This document shows, piece by piece, positions 1 to 11,195 of a DNA stretch of 64,000 nucleotides. Position numbers and translations under genes: made by a program. The first letter of the stretch is position 1. Each line of letters opens with the position of its first letter. The stretch comes from an uncultured Glaciecola sp. Lineage in GTDB: Bacteria; Pseudomonadota; Gammaproteobacteria; Enterobacterales; Alteromonadaceae. Where the stretch lies: positions 1,225,650 through 1,289,649 of the forward strand of contig OX044360.1 of assembly GCA_943846745.1 (NCBI GenBank). The letters run 5' to 3'. The notes below the pieces were generated by a model that had not been told where the DNA came from, did no database searches, and saw only the letters and a program-made list of their open reading frames with translations.

Positions 1-1080
1 ATCTTGAGTTATTGATAGATCCAACGCTATTAAATCATTCATGTACGCACTTATTGCCTCAGGCGTCACATCGTCTTGTAATAATTCAGGGACCAATGCT
101 TCATTCGCCAAAATATTGGGTAATGAAAAATAATCCGGTTTGTACAAATGTTGCATCATTTTATACGTCAAACCAGACATCTTATACACAGATAACATCG
201 GACGTTTGCATAACATAGCTTCTAACGTCGCCGTCCCAGAAGACAGTAATACTGCGTCACTGGCTATCATGACTTCACGAGCTGGACGACGCGTGATGAT
301 TAGCGCAGATTGAAGTGAGTCAGGATAAGTTGCTAAAAGTTGATTAATTTGAGATTCACGCGCTGCATTAACAGCAGGTACGACCCCAACAAGGTCAGGA
401 TGACGAGCTTGCATTAACGCAAAGCTGGCTAAAAATATCGGCAATAAATGTTGTACTTCACCACTTCTAGAGCCGGGTAAAATTGCCACCACAGTCGCGT
501 CAGCATGCAACTTTAATGTTGTCCTAGCCTTTTCTTGATCCGGCTTAAGTGCAATCGCATCGGCCATAGGGTGGCCGACAAATTGATACGGCACATGGTA
601 TTTAGCAAATACAGGTGCTTCAAACGGAAACAGCCCCATCACGCAATCGACCGCACGTTTAATTTTATGCACACGTGATTCGCGCCATGCCCAAATAGTC
701 GGGCTAACATAATGCACGGTCTTGATATGGTGTTTTTTTAAAAATGTTTCAATCGGAAGATTAAAATCTGGCGCATCAACACCAATATATATATCAGGTT
801 TGAAGGCAAGTAACTGAGCTTTAAGCTGTTTGCGGATAGACAGTAAACGGGGTAAATGCTTAAGTACTTCAACTAATCCCATTACAGATAGTTCATTCAT
901 ATCAAACCATGACTCTAAGCCATTAGCTTGAGTTAAATCTCCACCGATACCTTTAATTTGTGCATTAGGGAAACGCTGTAAGAGAGTATTCACAAGACCA
1001 CTGGCCAGCATATCCCCCGAGGGTTCCGCACAGACCAGAGCGATCTTATAAGGCTTATCTGACACCACAGCGGTGCTCAT
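1..1080 (-). CDS. lpxB: lipid-A-disaccharide synthase LpxB, 3' end cut by window edge
   Basis: Minus-strand frame is open from ATG at 1080-1078 down to position 1, so it is absent from the ORF track. The N-terminus reads MSTAVVSDKPYKIALVCAEPSGDMLASGL. The distal part reads PNILANEALVPELLQDDVTP, which resembles the E. coli LpxB C-terminal region. It lies directly downstream of lpxA, as in the conserved cluster. Confidence 0.9.
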   Translation of the reverse strand, partial: MSTAVVSDKPYKIALVCAEPSGDMLASGLVNTLLQRFPNAQIKGIGGDLTQANGLESWFDMNELSVMGLVEVLKHLPRLLSIRKQLKAQLLAFKPDIYIGVDAPDFNLPIETFLKKHHIKTVHYVSPTIWAWRESRVHKIKRAVDCVMGLFPFEAPVFAKYHVPYQFVGHPMADAIALKPDQEKARTTLKLHADATVVAILPGSRSGEVQHLLPIFLASFALMQARHPDLVGVVPAVNAARESQINQLLATYPDSLQSALIITRRPAREVMIASDAVLLSSGTATLEAMLCKRPMLSVYKMSGLTYKMMQHLYKPDYFSLPNILANEALVPELLQDDVTPEAISAYMNDLIALDLSITQD

Positions 1081-1081
1081 T

Positions 1082-1876
1082 TTAACGAATGATACCGCGA
1101 TTTGGCTGACTTAAAAAATCAACCATAATGTCTAACTCAGGACAGTCTTGGGCTAACAATTTGATTGCTACCAATGCTTCGGCTATCGTATTATTTTGAC
1201 GATATAAGGCTTTGTAGGCACGTTTGATATTCATAATCGCTGCAGCACTAAAACCACGACGTTTAAGACCTTCAGAGTTAATCGTTTGTGGAATATGTTT
1301 AAGGCCATTAACCATGACAAACGGAGGGACGTCACGCAATATTACTGCCCCGCCACCGGTAAAGCTATGCGAGCCTAAATGACAGAATTGATGCACCGCT
1401 GTCATCCCACCCAAAATAACGAAATCACCAATATGCACGTGTCCAGCGACGGTCGCATTATTGGCAAAGATATTGTTATCACCGACCATGCAGTCATGAG
1501 CAAGGTGGGTGTTAACCATTAATAAGTTATTTGAGCCGATTTTAGTGATGCGTTGATCTTGAGTAGTACCACGATGGATTGAGCAAGATTCACGAAATAC
1601 ATTGTTATCACCAATGGTGAGGGTGGTTTTTTCACCCGCATATTTCTTGTCTTGGCAATCTTCACCAATCGAACAGAACTGATAAAAATGATTGCCTTTA
1701 CCTATCGTGGTATCACGTTTAACTACAATATGTGATTCGAAAATACAGTCATCACCGATAACAACATTTTCACCAATATAACAAAAAGGACCAATGGTTA
1801 CGTTTTTGCCAATGCTTGCACTAGCATCAATTATTGCAGTTGAATGGATCAAGGTTACATATCTCTCATCGCACAC
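1082..1876 (-). CDS. lpxA: UDP-N-acetylglucosamine O-acyltransferase LpxA
   Basis: 264-aa ORF with hexapeptide-repeat left-handed beta-helix sequence. It aligns end to end with E. coli/Vibrio LpxA ([47 protein letters not shown]). ATG at 1876 overlaps the fabZ stop by 22 nt. An alternative TTG start at 1852 would give MIHSTAIID. Confidence 0.95.
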   Translation of the reverse strand: MCDERYVTLIHSTAIIDASASIGKNVTIGPFCYIGENVVIGDDCIFESHIVVKRDTTIGKGNHFYQFCSIGEDCQDKKYAGEKTTLTIGDNNVFRESCSIHRGTTQDQRITKIGSNNLLMVNTHLAHDCMVGDNNIFANNATVAGHVHIGDFVILGGMTAVHQFCHLGSHSFTGGGAVILRDVPPFVMVNGLKHIPQTINSEGLKRRGFSAAAIMNIKRAYKALYRQNNTIAEALVAIKLLAQDCPELDIMVDFLSQPNRGIIR

Positions 1877-2331
1877 ATAAATTCCGAGCTACACACTTCT
1901 GCGCCATCAACGCGTGCAACACCCTTGAATTTCCATATACCACGACGCTCCTTCACTATCTCGACTTCCATCTCTAGCTTATCACCAGGGACAACAGGCT
2001 TTTTAAAACGAGCATTATCGACACCTGCAAACAAATACAACTTATCGGTTTTTTCCATGCTCTTAAATCCTAAGACTCCAGCTACTTGTGCAAGCGCTTC
2101 AAGAATTAACACACCAGGGAAAATAGGTTGATCCGGAAAATGCCCCGTAAAACACGGTTCATTAAACGTAATGTTTTTGTAGGCACAAATTGATTGGCCA
2201 AGCTCATAATGAGTGACTCGGTCAACTAATAAGAAAGGGTAACGATGCGGAAGTAAATCCATTATTTCACGAATTTCTATCGTGTTTAATTCATTTGACA
2301 AGGTCAAAAACTCCAAATATTGATATTGCAC
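1855..2331 (-). CDS. fabZ: 3-hydroxyacyl-ACP dehydratase FabZ
   Basis: Matches E. coli FabZ throughout ([49 protein letters not shown]). The true start may be TTG at 2301 ([13 protein letters not shown]), which has a GGAG 10 nt upstream. Confidence 0.95.
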   Translation of the reverse strand: MQYQYLEFLTLSNELNTIEIREIMDLLPHRYPFLLVDRVTHYELGQSICAYKNITFNEPCFTGHFPDQPIFPGVLILEALAQVAGVLGFKSMEKTDKLYLFAGVDNARFKKPVVPGDKLEMEVEIVKERRGIWKFKGVARVDGAEVCSSEFMCAMRDM

Positions 2332-2354
2332 GCAACAATAACCGTAAAAGCCTT

Positions 2355-2403
2355 AAAAACAAATCAGACCAACGCAATACTAAGAAAGTATTTTGTCGGC
2401 CTG
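2355..2403 (-). terminator. rho-independent terminator after skp
   Basis: Minus strand reads CAGGCCGAC-AAAATACT-ttct-AGTATT-GTTGGTCTG, a long imperfect hairpin (2365-2403). It is followed by ATTTGTTTTT. Confidence 0.6.
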
Positions 2404-2423
2404 CTTAGATTGGTGATGCTAAA

Positions 2424-2939
2424 TTAGTTAGATTGGCTAACTTTTGCTAATACTTTTTCAGAAATATCAAATTCTGGCTTAGCAAATGTTGCTGCGCCTG
2501 CATTTAATACTACGTCATAATTTTCTGCTTTCGCCACTGCATCAATCGCTTGCTTAACTAAACCCAATAATTTAGTTTGCTCTTCGTTTTGACGACGTTG
2601 TACTTCTTGTTGTAACGGTGTTGCTTTTTCTTGAAGCTCAGCACGGATAGCCATGATTTTTTCTTGTGACGCTTTCTTTTGAGCTTCAGACATAGTCGCA
2701 CCATCACGTTGCAGCTTTTCTACTTCAAACTCACCGTCTTTTTGCAATTTTTGAACTTCAGCAAATTGCGCTTTGAATTCGTTATTAATACCCTGCACGA
2801 TTTGTGCAGTTTGTGGTAATGCTTGGATCACACCTTGCACATCAATGATGGCAATTTTTTGTGCAGCCATTGCTGCTGTGCTCAATAACGTCGTTGCTAG
2901 TAATACGGTCGTTGCAATTGTCTTAGTGAATGTTTTCAA
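2424..2939 (-). CDS. skp: periplasmic chaperone Skp (OmpH)
   Basis: 171 aa with a signal peptide (AAMAAQK), then a coiled-coil K/Q/E-rich body typical of Skp. It sits immediately downstream of bamA. Confidence 0.9.
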   Translation of the reverse strand: MKTFTKTIATTVLLATTLLSTAAMAAQKIAIIDVQGVIQALPQTAQIVQGINNEFKAQFAEVQKLQKDGEFEVEKLQRDGATMSEAQKKASQEKIMAIRAELQEKATPLQQEVQRRQNEEQTKLLGLVKQAIDAVAKAENYDVVLNAGAATFAKPEFDISEKVLAKVSQSN

Positions 2940-2981
2940 AGTTTACTCCTGAATATGTATCTAATTGATACAGATTAATAA

Positions 2982-5447
2982 TTAAAATGTTTGGCCAATA
3001 TTAAAGGTGAAAAATTTAGCATCGTCGCCAGGGCGTTGTTTAAGCGCCTTAGAAAAACTAAATACCATTGGACCCATTGGTGAAATCCATTGTACTGACA
3101 AACCTGTGGAACTTCTAAAGTTCTTCCAATCACCATAATCTAACAATGGATCACTGCCAGAAGCTAATTGTAAGTCTTTATAGGCATCATAATCAAATTC
3201 TGTGTCCCATACATTACCTACGTCAAAGAAAAGACTAGTACGGACTGATTTATCAAACTCAGTTTCAACAAACGGAGTGGGAACAATTAACTCTAATCCC
3301 GCTATTGCCATGGCATTACCACCTAGGCTACGTTGTGATGTAAATAAACTATCGTTTGCAGGTAATCCTGGGAATACACTGCCATCAGGCGAGGTAATAG
3401 AACCTTGTGAATAGCGTTGGATACCACGAGGACCAACGGTGTTATTTTCAAAACCACGTAAGGTATCAGAACCACCCGCGGTAAAGTTTTCTGTGAATGG
3501 TAGGATTTGTTCTACTCCATCGACATCGCCATACCCATTACCGTAGCCTAGACGGGCTCGCGCTAATACAGTCCAGCGTTGGTTGCGTGACAACGGGAAG
3601 TAAAACTTAGTATCGATTGTAGATTTAAAGAACTGTACATCAGAATTAGGTGTGGTAACACTCACTGAGGCGCGTTGTGACGAACCTGCAGAAGGAAACA
3701 TACCGCGGTTCAATGTATTTCTGAACCAACCAACCGATGCTTGTAAGCTATCATACTTAACTGCACCATCTGGGTTATTTGCATCTAAAAACTGACTATA
3801 AAAACGGTCTGTTTGTTCGTATGAAGAACGATTATACAGCTCTACATTACTATAGGTTAGACCAAAATTAATTCGGTTTACAGCATTAATTGGGTAGCCT
3901 AGGTTAGCTCCGACCGCAAATTGCTTAGAGTTATAACTTACAACGTTAAAATCACTACCGTCAAATTCACTATAGCTCATCGTGCCGCCCAAACTAATAC
4001 CATCAATGGTAAAGAAAGGGTCAGTATAGCTAAGTGAGATTGATTGCTGATAAGATACCGTGTTTAAACTCACACCAATACGTTTACCTGTCCCTAAGAA
4101 GTTATCCTGTTGGATACCTGCTTGGAGGCTTAATTTAGTTCGGTCACCATAACCAATACCAGCATTAAATGATCCCGCAGGTTGCTCTTTAACTGAAAAG
4201 TTAACGTCGACTTGATCATCTTGACCAGGAAGTCGAATAGTATCGAATTCAACTTCTTCCATATAGGTTAAGCGTGACAGTTGTATTTTAGACGTTTCGA
4301 GGGATTGATTGGATAACCATGCCCCTTCCATTTGTGTTACATTTTGACGCAACACCTCATCAGCGGTAACGCTGTTGCCGGCAAAATTAATACGGCGAAC
4401 ATATATACGTTTACCCGGATCGACCGACAAGGTTAATTTAACCGTGTTATCTTCGTCATTAATCTCGGGGATAGTGGTGACATTCGGATATGCATAACCA
4501 AAGCGTCCCAGGTACTTACTGATAAATTCTTCTGCATAAGTAACTTGCGCTTGGTTGTATAAGGTTTCAGCTCTTAATGGAACCAGTTGTTTAATCAGTT
4601 CATCTTGCCCAATTAAGTCACCAACGACTTCAATTTCAGAAACGTTGTATTTTTCACCTTCAGACACATTCATTGTAATGTAGATGGCATCTTTTTCAGG
4701 TGTCATTGAGACTTGGGTCGAGTCAATGGCAAAGCGCAAATAACCGCGATCCATATAGTAACTACTTAACGTTTCCATATCGCCAGATAGGGTTTGTTGT
4801 TGATAGCGCGACTCAGACATGAAATCCCACCAAGGTTTATCAAATTTAAGCTCCATTAGCTCAAATAATTCTTGGTCAGAAAATAATTCATTGCCGACAA
4901 TATTGATCTGTTTAATTTCAGCAGCATCGCCTTCTTCAAACAAGACTTTCAAATCAACTCGGTTACGGGGTAATGGAGTAACAATTGCCGTTACGTCAGC
5001 GGTATATTTACCGATTGAGTAATAGAAATCTTTGAGTCCATTTTCGATTGAATTTAATACGGTTTTATCTAACGGTTCACCGACAATGATATTCGAGCCA
5101 TTCAAACTATCTTGCAGTTGCTCATCTTTAATATCGTCGTTACCTTCAAAGATAATATTTGAAATGGTTGGACGTTCCGTCACATTGATAACCAACGTAT
5201 TGCCATCTCGAGCAACACTGATGCTTTCGAAGTGAGTAGAAGAATACAATGAACGGATCACTTGTTTGACTCGAAAATCGCTTAGCGAATCGCCAACTTG
5301 AACGGGCACATATGTTAATGCAGCACCGAGTGCAACACGTTGCAAACCTTGAATACGAATATCTTCAATGACAAAGTCACTGTTTGCTTGGGATGCGAAG
5401 GCACATAACGTCAGTACGCTAGCGCAAAAAAACTGTCTTAACTTCAT
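2982..5447 (-). CDS. bamA: outer-membrane protein assembly factor BamA
   Basis: 821 aa with a signal peptide, POTRA-like N-terminal half (IEDIRIQGLQRV, ISNIIFEGN) and a C-terminal beta-barrel ending in FTFNIGQTF. Conserved rseP-bamA-skp context. Confidence 0.97.
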   Translation of the reverse strand: MKLRQFFCASVLTLCAFASQANSDFVIEDIRIQGLQRVALGAALTYVPVQVGDSLSDFRVKQVIRSLYSSTHFESISVARDGNTLVINVTERPTISNIIFEGNDDIKDEQLQDSLNGSNIIVGEPLDKTVLNSIENGLKDFYYSIGKYTADVTAIVTPLPRNRVDLKVLFEEGDAAEIKQINIVGNELFSDQELFELMELKFDKPWWDFMSESRYQQQTLSGDMETLSSYYMDRGYLRFAIDSTQVSMTPEKDAIYITMNVSEGEKYNVSEIEVVGDLIGQDELIKQLVPLRAETLYNQAQVTYAEEFISKYLGRFGYAYPNVTTIPEINDEDNTVKLTLSVDPGKRIYVRRINFAGNSVTADEVLRQNVTQMEGAWLSNQSLETSKIQLSRLTYMEEVEFDTIRLPGQDDQVDVNFSVKEQPAGSFNAGIGYGDRTKLSLQAGIQQDNFLGTGKRIGVSLNTVSYQQSISLSYTDPFFTIDGISLGGTMSYSEFDGSDFNVVSYNSKQFAVGANLGYPINAVNRINFGLTYSNVELYNRSSYEQTDRFYSQFLDANNPDGAVKYDSLQASVGWFRNTLNRGMFPSAGSSQRASVSVTTPNSDVQFFKSTIDTKFYFPLSRNQRWTVLARARLGYGNGYGDVDGVEQILPFTENFTAGGSDTLRGFENNTVGPRGIQRYSQGSITSPDGSVFPGLPANDSLFTSQRSLGGNAMAIAGLELIVPTPFVETEFDKSVRTSLFFDVGNVWDTEFDYDAYKDLQLASGSDPLLDYGDWKNFRSSTGLSVQWISPMGPMVFSFSKALKQRPGDDAKFFTFNIGQTF

Positions 5448-5510
5448 TAACTGTTATTCTTCCTAGACTAATTATCATTATTGTAAGGAATTGCACGACA
5501 TTGAGCAAAA

Positions 5511-6938
5511 TTAAGTGATGCGCATGATGTCATTAAAAATCGCAATGCTCATTAAACTAAATAAAATCACGGCTCCAATTCGAAAGCCAATCTCTTGTAC
5601 TTCCTCTGAAACCGGCTTTCCAGTGACCCACTCGATTAAATAATACATTAAATGACCACCGTCGAGCATCGGTAATGGAAATAAATTAATAATCCCAAGA
5701 TTCACACTAATCAAGGCTAAAAAGCTTAAAAAGTAAACAAGACCGAAACTTGCGCTCATTCCAGCTCCTTGCGCGATAGATACCGGACCACTTAAACTTT
5801 TCACCGAAACATCACCGGTAAACAGTTTACCAATCATATCTACACTTAAGGTCATCAGACGCCAAGTTTTATCAATCCCAAGGCCTACTGCGCTGAAAAG
5901 ATTGTGTTGTTGTTCAAATACTAACCCGCTTGGCCATTGCTCGAAAACAGGGCTCACACCCAATATACCTATTCGCCCGGTATCGGTCTCTTGGACACCT
6001 AACGTAGCAAATATGCGTTGAATTTGACCATCACGACCAATTGTCATTTCAATATCTTCACTTGGTCGCGCTTTTATATAAGCAACTGTTTGTCCCCAAT
6101 TTGGCAAAAGAGTTCCATCAATTTGTAAAATTTTATCGCCTTTGAGTAATCCAGCCTTAGATGCAGCACTCTCAGGTGAGACATACGCAATGTCCATCGT
6201 CGGTTGTGGGCGGAAAGTAGAGAACCCTAAGCTATCCATCGCACTTTGTTTATCTGGTGCAAATTCCCACTCATTTAGTACTAAAGTAATCTTACTGGGA
6301 CTCGGTGATAATTCAGGTGTCGCAGGATCATAAAAGCGTGGTGTAGAGTTCGAGCCCACAAAGGTAGGTGTCGTTTGCAGCCCAGTATCGACAACTTGAA
6401 TTGTCACTTGTGATTGCCCTATGGCGGATACTAGCTCAAGATTGACCGCCTCCCAATCACTTACAGAACGCTCTCCAACATGTGTTATCTGCATCCCAGA
6501 TGTCAGTCCTGCACGCTGTGCAATGGAGTTTTCGACAACATCACCCACAACAGGTTTTAATGTTGTCACACCAATCATATACATGACTGCTAAAACAAAA
6601 ATTGCAAATAAAAAGTTTACAATCGGACCTGCAGCGACAATGGCAAAACGTTGTTTGACGCTTTTACGGTTAAAGCTTTGTTCTTGTAATTCGCTTGGCA
6701 CGTGTTCAACGCGCTCGTCGAGCATCTTAACGTAACCACCCAACGGTATGGCTGCAACAGCAAATTCAGTGCCATGCTTATCGGTTCTGCGCCATAACAC
6801 TTTACCAAAGCCAATTGAAAAGCGCAGTACTTTGACGCCACAACGACGGGCAACATAAAAATGTCCCCATTCATGCACTGCAACTAAAATCCCTAAGGCA
6901 ACAATAAAAGATAATATATTCCACAACACTGCTAACAT
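5511..6938 (-). CDS. rseP: sigma-E regulated intramembrane zinc metalloprotease RseP
   Basis: HEWGH (HExxH) motif in TM1, PDZ region, and LSGPVSIAQGAG and NLFPLPMLDGGH motifs. Colinear with E. coli RseP. Confidence 0.95.
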   Translation of the reverse strand: MLAVLWNILSFIVALGILVAVHEWGHFYVARRCGVKVLRFSIGFGKVLWRRTDKHGTEFAVAAIPLGGYVKMLDERVEHVPSELQEQSFNRKSVKQRFAIVAAGPIVNFLFAIFVLAVMYMIGVTTLKPVVGDVVENSIAQRAGLTSGMQITHVGERSVSDWEAVNLELVSAIGQSQVTIQVVDTGLQTTPTFVGSNSTPRFYDPATPELSPSPSKITLVLNEWEFAPDKQSAMDSLGFSTFRPQPTMDIAYVSPESAASKAGLLKGDKILQIDGTLLPNWGQTVAYIKARPSEDIEMTIGRDGQIQRIFATLGVQETDTGRIGILGVSPVFEQWPSGLVFEQQHNLFSAVGLGIDKTWRLMTLSVDMIGKLFTGDVSVKSLSGPVSIAQGAGMSASFGLVYFLSFLALISVNLGIINLFPLPMLDGGHLMYYLIEWVTGKPVSEEVQEIGFRIGAVILFSLMSIAIFNDIMRIT

Positions 6939-8116
6939 AAAAATTCCTGTAAATACTGACGTGCTAATTGTCTGGCAAGTTCATCACATGCCAGGACCGC
7001 TGGAATACTTGGTAATAGTATATCTATATGTTTGGATAATATCAGTGAATTGAGCTGTGCAATTTGAGTAAAACCAATTTGCCCAGCTAAAAATGCTGCT
7101 ACCGCGATTTCATTACATGCATTGAGTGCAGTACAAGAAGACTGACCGCGTTTGGCTGCAGCTAATGCAAGATATAAATTTGGATAACGTTCAGGACACG
7201 GAGTAGAAAATGTAAAATCACGTAATTGACTAAAATCTAATGGTGCAACGCCACTACTAATACGTTGAGGGAATGCTAAAGCATGAGCAATCGGTGTGCG
7301 CATGTCAGGTTCGCCCATTTGTGCGATAACTGAACCATCAACATACTGGACCATTGAATGGATAGTAGATTGTGGATGTAACACAATCTCGATGTCCTTA
7401 TTGTCCAAACCAAATAACCAGCGAGCTTCAATAAATTCCAGCCCCTTGTTCATCATAGTGGCTGAATCAACGGATATTTTTTGCCCCATATCCCAGTTAG
7501 GATGAGCACAAGCTTGAGCTGGCGTGATATCAGCAAAAGCAGTGATATCATACTCCAAAAATGGTCCACCAGAGCCAGTTAACAATACTTTACTAATGCC
7601 GCTATCGGCGAGTTCACCATACGTAAAATCATGCGGTAAACATTGAAAAATCGCATTATGTTCGCTGTCGATGGGTAAAATGGTCGCATTATTACGATTG
7701 GCGCTTTCAATGAAGAGTTGTCCGGACATCACTAGGGCTTCTTTATTGGCCAGTAACACCCGCTTACCAGCTTCAACCGCTGCAAGTGTAGGCAACAACC
7801 CTGCTGCACCGACAATCGCAGCCATTACGGTGTTGACCTCATCAGCTTGGACCACAGTTTCTAATGCGGTTGCCCCAAAATGCAGTTGCGCTGTGCAGCC
7901 AATGGTTACGGCATAATCACTTGCATCAGCCATAACCGAATCATCACTTAAAACGACGTGTGTAGCATTAACTGCTTGGGCTTGGTTTAATAATTTTTGA
8001 TAGTCGCGATGAGCTGTCAACGCATAGACTTGGTATTGTTCAGGATGACGGGCTATGACATCAATAGTACTCGTTCCGATAGAGCCGGTTGAGCCTAATA
8101 TGCTTATGGTTTGCAT
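6932..8116 (-). CDS. dxr: 1-deoxy-D-xylulose-5-phosphate reductoisomerase
   Basis: N-terminus ILGSTGSIGTST (NADPH site), LANKEALV, DSEHNAIFQCLP. I place the start at ATG 8116 (MQTISILG), which forms a TAATG overlap with the cdsA stop. The ORF-track start at 8140 is probably too long. Confidence 0.95.
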   Translation of the reverse strand: MQTISILGSTGSIGTSTIDVIARHPEQYQVYALTAHRDYQKLLNQAQAVNATHVVLSDDSVMADASDYAVTIGCTAQLHFGATALETVVQADEVNTVMAAIVGAAGLLPTLAAVEAGKRVLLANKEALVMSGQLFIESANRNNATILPIDSEHNAIFQCLPHDFTYGELADSGISKVLLTGSGGPFLEYDITAFADITPAQACAHPNWDMGQKISVDSATMMNKGLEFIEARWLFGLDNKDIEIVLHPQSTIHSMVQYVDGSVIAQMGEPDMRTPIAHALAFPQRISSGVAPLDFSQLRDFTFSTPCPERYPNLYLALAAAKRGQSSCTALNACNEIAVAAFLAGQIGFTQIAQLNSLILSKHIDILLPSIPAVLACDELARQLARQYLQEFLC

Positions 8117-8979
8117 TACGCCATCCAAACCACATAACAAAATGTGAATACAGGAAAGGCTGCTGTCAAACTGTCAATACGATCGAGGATGCCGCCATGG
8201 CCAGGTAAAATTCGACCACTATCTTTGATACCCGCACAGCGTTTAAACATGCTTTCGTTGAGATCACCCAAAGCAGATACCGCTACGGTTACGACACCAA
8301 TGGCAATGTGTAAGGTGATTGCTTTCGTCTCGACTTGATAATGTAATGCAGCAAACGCGATTATCGCTAATGATGCAGCTACACCACCTGCAAAACCCTC
8401 ATACGTTTTACCTGGAGAAACATTGGGTCTTAATTTGGTGCGGCCAAATTTTACGCCAACAAAAAACGCACCAACGTCCGCAGCCCAGACAATACCTAAT
8501 ACATAAAATATCAACGATGCACCATAAAACGAATCTACGTCAAACAAACTAGAACGTAATGTGACTATAGCTACATAAGTAGGGACTAAAGTGAAGACCC
8601 CGAATAAATTACGGATCAAATGAGATTGCTGCCAAAATGCACTGGCTTTGGGGTAAATGATGACCATGATGAGTGAATATGCCCACCACAACGAAGCCAA
8701 AGCCAAGATCCAAAAAAACACATCATGCAATTGGCCTTGCTGCCATATTTGACTCGCCGGTACCCATAAACTTAATCCGACACAAATAGCAGATATGATA
8801 ATGGTAAACACTAATTTCATACGGCGCTGGATCAAACCAGACATGTTGCCCCATTCATAAGCACCTAAGCCCATGACGATAGCGACGACAAGTTGAAACG
8901 CATCAACCGATAAGAATAAAATAGCAAGGATGGCTAAAGGTGCAAGGACCAGTGCCGTAATGATGCGTTGTTTTAACAT
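8116..8979 (-). CDS. cdsA: phosphatidate cytidylyltransferase CdsA
   Basis: 287-aa polytopic membrane protein with the CTP-transferase signature SMFKRCAGIKDSGRILPGHGGILDRIDS. Confidence 0.93.
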   Translation of the reverse strand: MLKQRIITALVLAPLAILAILFLSVDAFQLVVAIVMGLGAYEWGNMSGLIQRRMKLVFTIIISAICVGLSLWVPASQIWQQGQLHDVFFWILALASLWWAYSLIMVIIYPKASAFWQQSHLIRNLFGVFTLVPTYVAIVTLRSSLFDVDSFYGASLIFYVLGIVWAADVGAFFVGVKFGRTKLRPNVSPGKTYEGFAGGVAASLAIIAFAALHYQVETKAITLHIAIGVVTVAVSALGDLNESMFKRCAGIKDSGRILPGHGGILDRIDSLTAAFPVFTFCYVVWMA

Positions 8980-8985
8980 AGAAAG

Positions 8986-9741
8986 TTAACTAACCTGTTC
9001 TGAAATTTTACCAAAGCGACGTTGGCGTTCACTAAAGTCAACGACCGCTTCCATAAATTTGTCTTCATTAAAATCAGGCCATAAGGTATCGGTAAAATAA
9101 AATTCAGAATACGCACATTGCCATAATAAAAAGTTTGAGATGCGTTGTTCGCCGCCGGTGCGGATCATTAAATCAAGTGGAGGACAGTCAACAAACGCAG
9201 TATGAGCATCAAACGATGTTTCATTGATAGCGTCAACCGACAAAGTACCTTCCGAAACCTGTTGTGCCAGCGCTTTGGCTGCAGTCACAATATCCCAGCG
9301 TCCACCATAGTTAGCAGCAATATTAAGATGTAACTCAGTATTGTGCTTAGTGAGGGCTTCTGCTGCTTTAATTTTCTTAACTAACTTATCATCAAACGCG
9401 GATAAATCACCAATGACTCGTAACCGCACGCCATTTTTATGGAGGCGTTTTACTTCACTGGTTAAAACTAGTTTAAACAGTTCCATCAACACTGAGACTT
9501 CATCTTGCGGTCGATTCCAGTTTTCTGAACTGAACGCAAAAAGAGTTAATGCAGTGATCTTGTGTCTACGAGCAAAACGGACAGAAGCTCTTACCGCTTC
9601 AACACCCGCTTTATGACCAAAGGTTCGCAATTTTCCTTTTTGCTTTGCCCAACGTCCATTGCCATCCATAATGATGGCAACATGTTCTGGCAATTTGAGC
9701 GTCGTTACCGACGCACTATCTTCCTTGCTTAGGGTTTCCAT
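8986..9741 (-). CDS. uppS: ditrans,polycis-undecaprenyl-diphosphate synthase
   Basis: [27 protein letters not shown] and [23 protein letters not shown] motifs. Confidence 0.96.
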   Translation of the reverse strand: METLSKEDSASVTTLKLPEHVAIIMDGNGRWAKQKGKLRTFGHKAGVEAVRASVRFARRHKITALTLFAFSSENWNRPQDEVSVLMELFKLVLTSEVKRLHKNGVRLRVIGDLSAFDDKLVKKIKAAEALTKHNTELHLNIAANYGGRWDIVTAAKALAQQVSEGTLSVDAINETSFDAHTAFVDCPPLDLMIRTGGEQRISNFLLWQCAYSEFYFTDTLWPDFNEDKFMEAVVDFSERQRRFGKISEQVS

Positions 9742-9747
9742 AATCCT

Positions 9748-10305
9748 TTAGATTTCCATTAACTCTTTTTCTTTAACACTGACCATTACATCCACTTTTT
9801 TAATGAAATCATTAGTCGTAGATTGAATATTTTCTTCACTGACACGCGCTTGATCTTCAGAAATATCTTTGTCTTTTAGTAACTCTTTGATATCTGAATT
9901 TGCGTCACGGCGAATGTTACGAATAGCAACACGACCATTTTCAGCCTCGCTACGTGCCACTTTAATTAAGTCTTTGCGACGTTCTTCAGTAAGTGGGGGT
10001 AATGGAATACGGATCGCACCACCTGCACTCATTGGGTTTAAACCTAAGTCTGACGACATAATCGCTTTTTCAACAGCTTGAATCGCTGATTTATCAAACA
10101 CTGATAATGCTAACGTACGGCTGTCTTCGGCAATAATATTCGCTAACTGTTTAAGCGGCGTATCTGAACCATAATAAGACACGACAATACTGTCTAACAA
10201 GCTTGGGTGAGCTCGGCCTGTGCGGATTTTAGCTAATTGTGATTTTAATGCACCTAAGCTTTTTTCCATACGATCTTGTGCGTCTAATTCAATTTCATCA
10301 ATCAT
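9748..10305 (-). CDS. frr: ribosome recycling factor
   Basis: 185 aa, colinear with E. coli Frr ([26 protein letters not shown]). Confidence 0.97.
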   Translation of the reverse strand: MIDEIELDAQDRMEKSLGALKSQLAKIRTGRAHPSLLDSIVVSYYGSDTPLKQLANIIAEDSRTLALSVFDKSAIQAVEKAIMSSDLGLNPMSAGGAIRIPLPPLTEERRKDLIKVARSEAENGRVAIRNIRRDANSDIKELLKDKDISEDQARVSEENIQSTTNDFIKKVDVMVSVKEKELMEI

Positions 10306-10316
10306 GAGTGTGTTTC

Positions 10317-11060
10317 CTAATCTTTTAATTTTTCAGCATGTGTAATAAGTGTACCTACGTCATTACCTAATACAACTTGCTTTAACGTCCCTGGTGTATT
10401 CATATTAAATACACGAATGGGTAATGAATGGTCACGGGCTAACGTAAATGCCGATAAATCCATGACCTTTAATTCTTTTTCTAATACTTCTTGGTAGGTT
10501 ATCTTTTTGATTAACTGAGCATCTGGATCTTTGGCTGGGTCAGAAGTAAATACGCCATCCACTTTGGTTGCTTTTAATACTGCATCAGCTTCAATTTCGA
10601 TACCACGCAAACATGCTGCTGAGTCAGTGGTAAAAAATGGGTTACCGGTGCCAGCAGCAAAAATAACTACACGGCCCGTTTTTAATGAACTGATTGCCTC
10701 TGCCCAATTGTATGCATCACACACTCCATTCAAAGGAATGGCTGACATTAATCGCGCATTCACAAATGCACGATGTAACGCATCACGCATAGCTAAACCA
10801 TTCATCACCGTTGCTAACATGCCCATATGGTCGCCCACTACACGGTTCATACCCGCATTGGCCAATCCTTCACCACGAAATAAGTTACCACCACCGATAA
10901 CGAGTCCAACTTCGACTCCCATTTCAATTAACTCTTTAATCTCTTGAGCCATTCGTTCAAGTACTTTAGGGTCAATACCAAACTCGCCGTCACCCATTAA
11001 GGCTTCTCCGCTGAGCTTGAGTAAGATACGACGATAAGCTGATTTAGGGGCGATACTCAT
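10317..11060 (-). CDS. pyrH: UMP kinase
   Basis: [21 protein letters not shown] and [16 protein letters not shown] motifs. pyrH-frr synteny. Confidence 0.97.
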   Translation of the reverse strand: MSIAPKSAYRRILLKLSGEALMGDGEFGIDPKVLERMAQEIKELIEMGVEVGLVIGGGNLFRGEGLANAGMNRVVGDHMGMLATVMNGLAMRDALHRAFVNARLMSAIPLNGVCDAYNWAEAISSLKTGRVVIFAAGTGNPFFTTDSAACLRGIEIEADAVLKATKVDGVFTSDPAKDPDAQLIKKITYQEVLEKELKVMDLSAFTLARDHSLPIRVFNMNTPGTLKQVVLGNDVGTLITHAEKLKD

Positions 11061-11124
11061 TGTTGTTTTCCTATATGACGAATCAATTGATTATAATAGT
11101 TGTTATGGTAAATCAAACAGATAT

Positions 11125-11150
11125 AAAAAAGCACCTCCAGAGGAAGTGCT
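11125..11150 (-). terminator. rho-independent terminator after tsf
   Basis: Minus strand reads AGCACTTCC-tct-GGAGGTGCT followed by TTTTTT, 45 nt after the tsf stop. Confidence 0.7.
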
Positions 11151-11195
11151 CTTAGTGTATCCGATGTTGCTCGGATGAAAAAGATGCAAGTGCAA

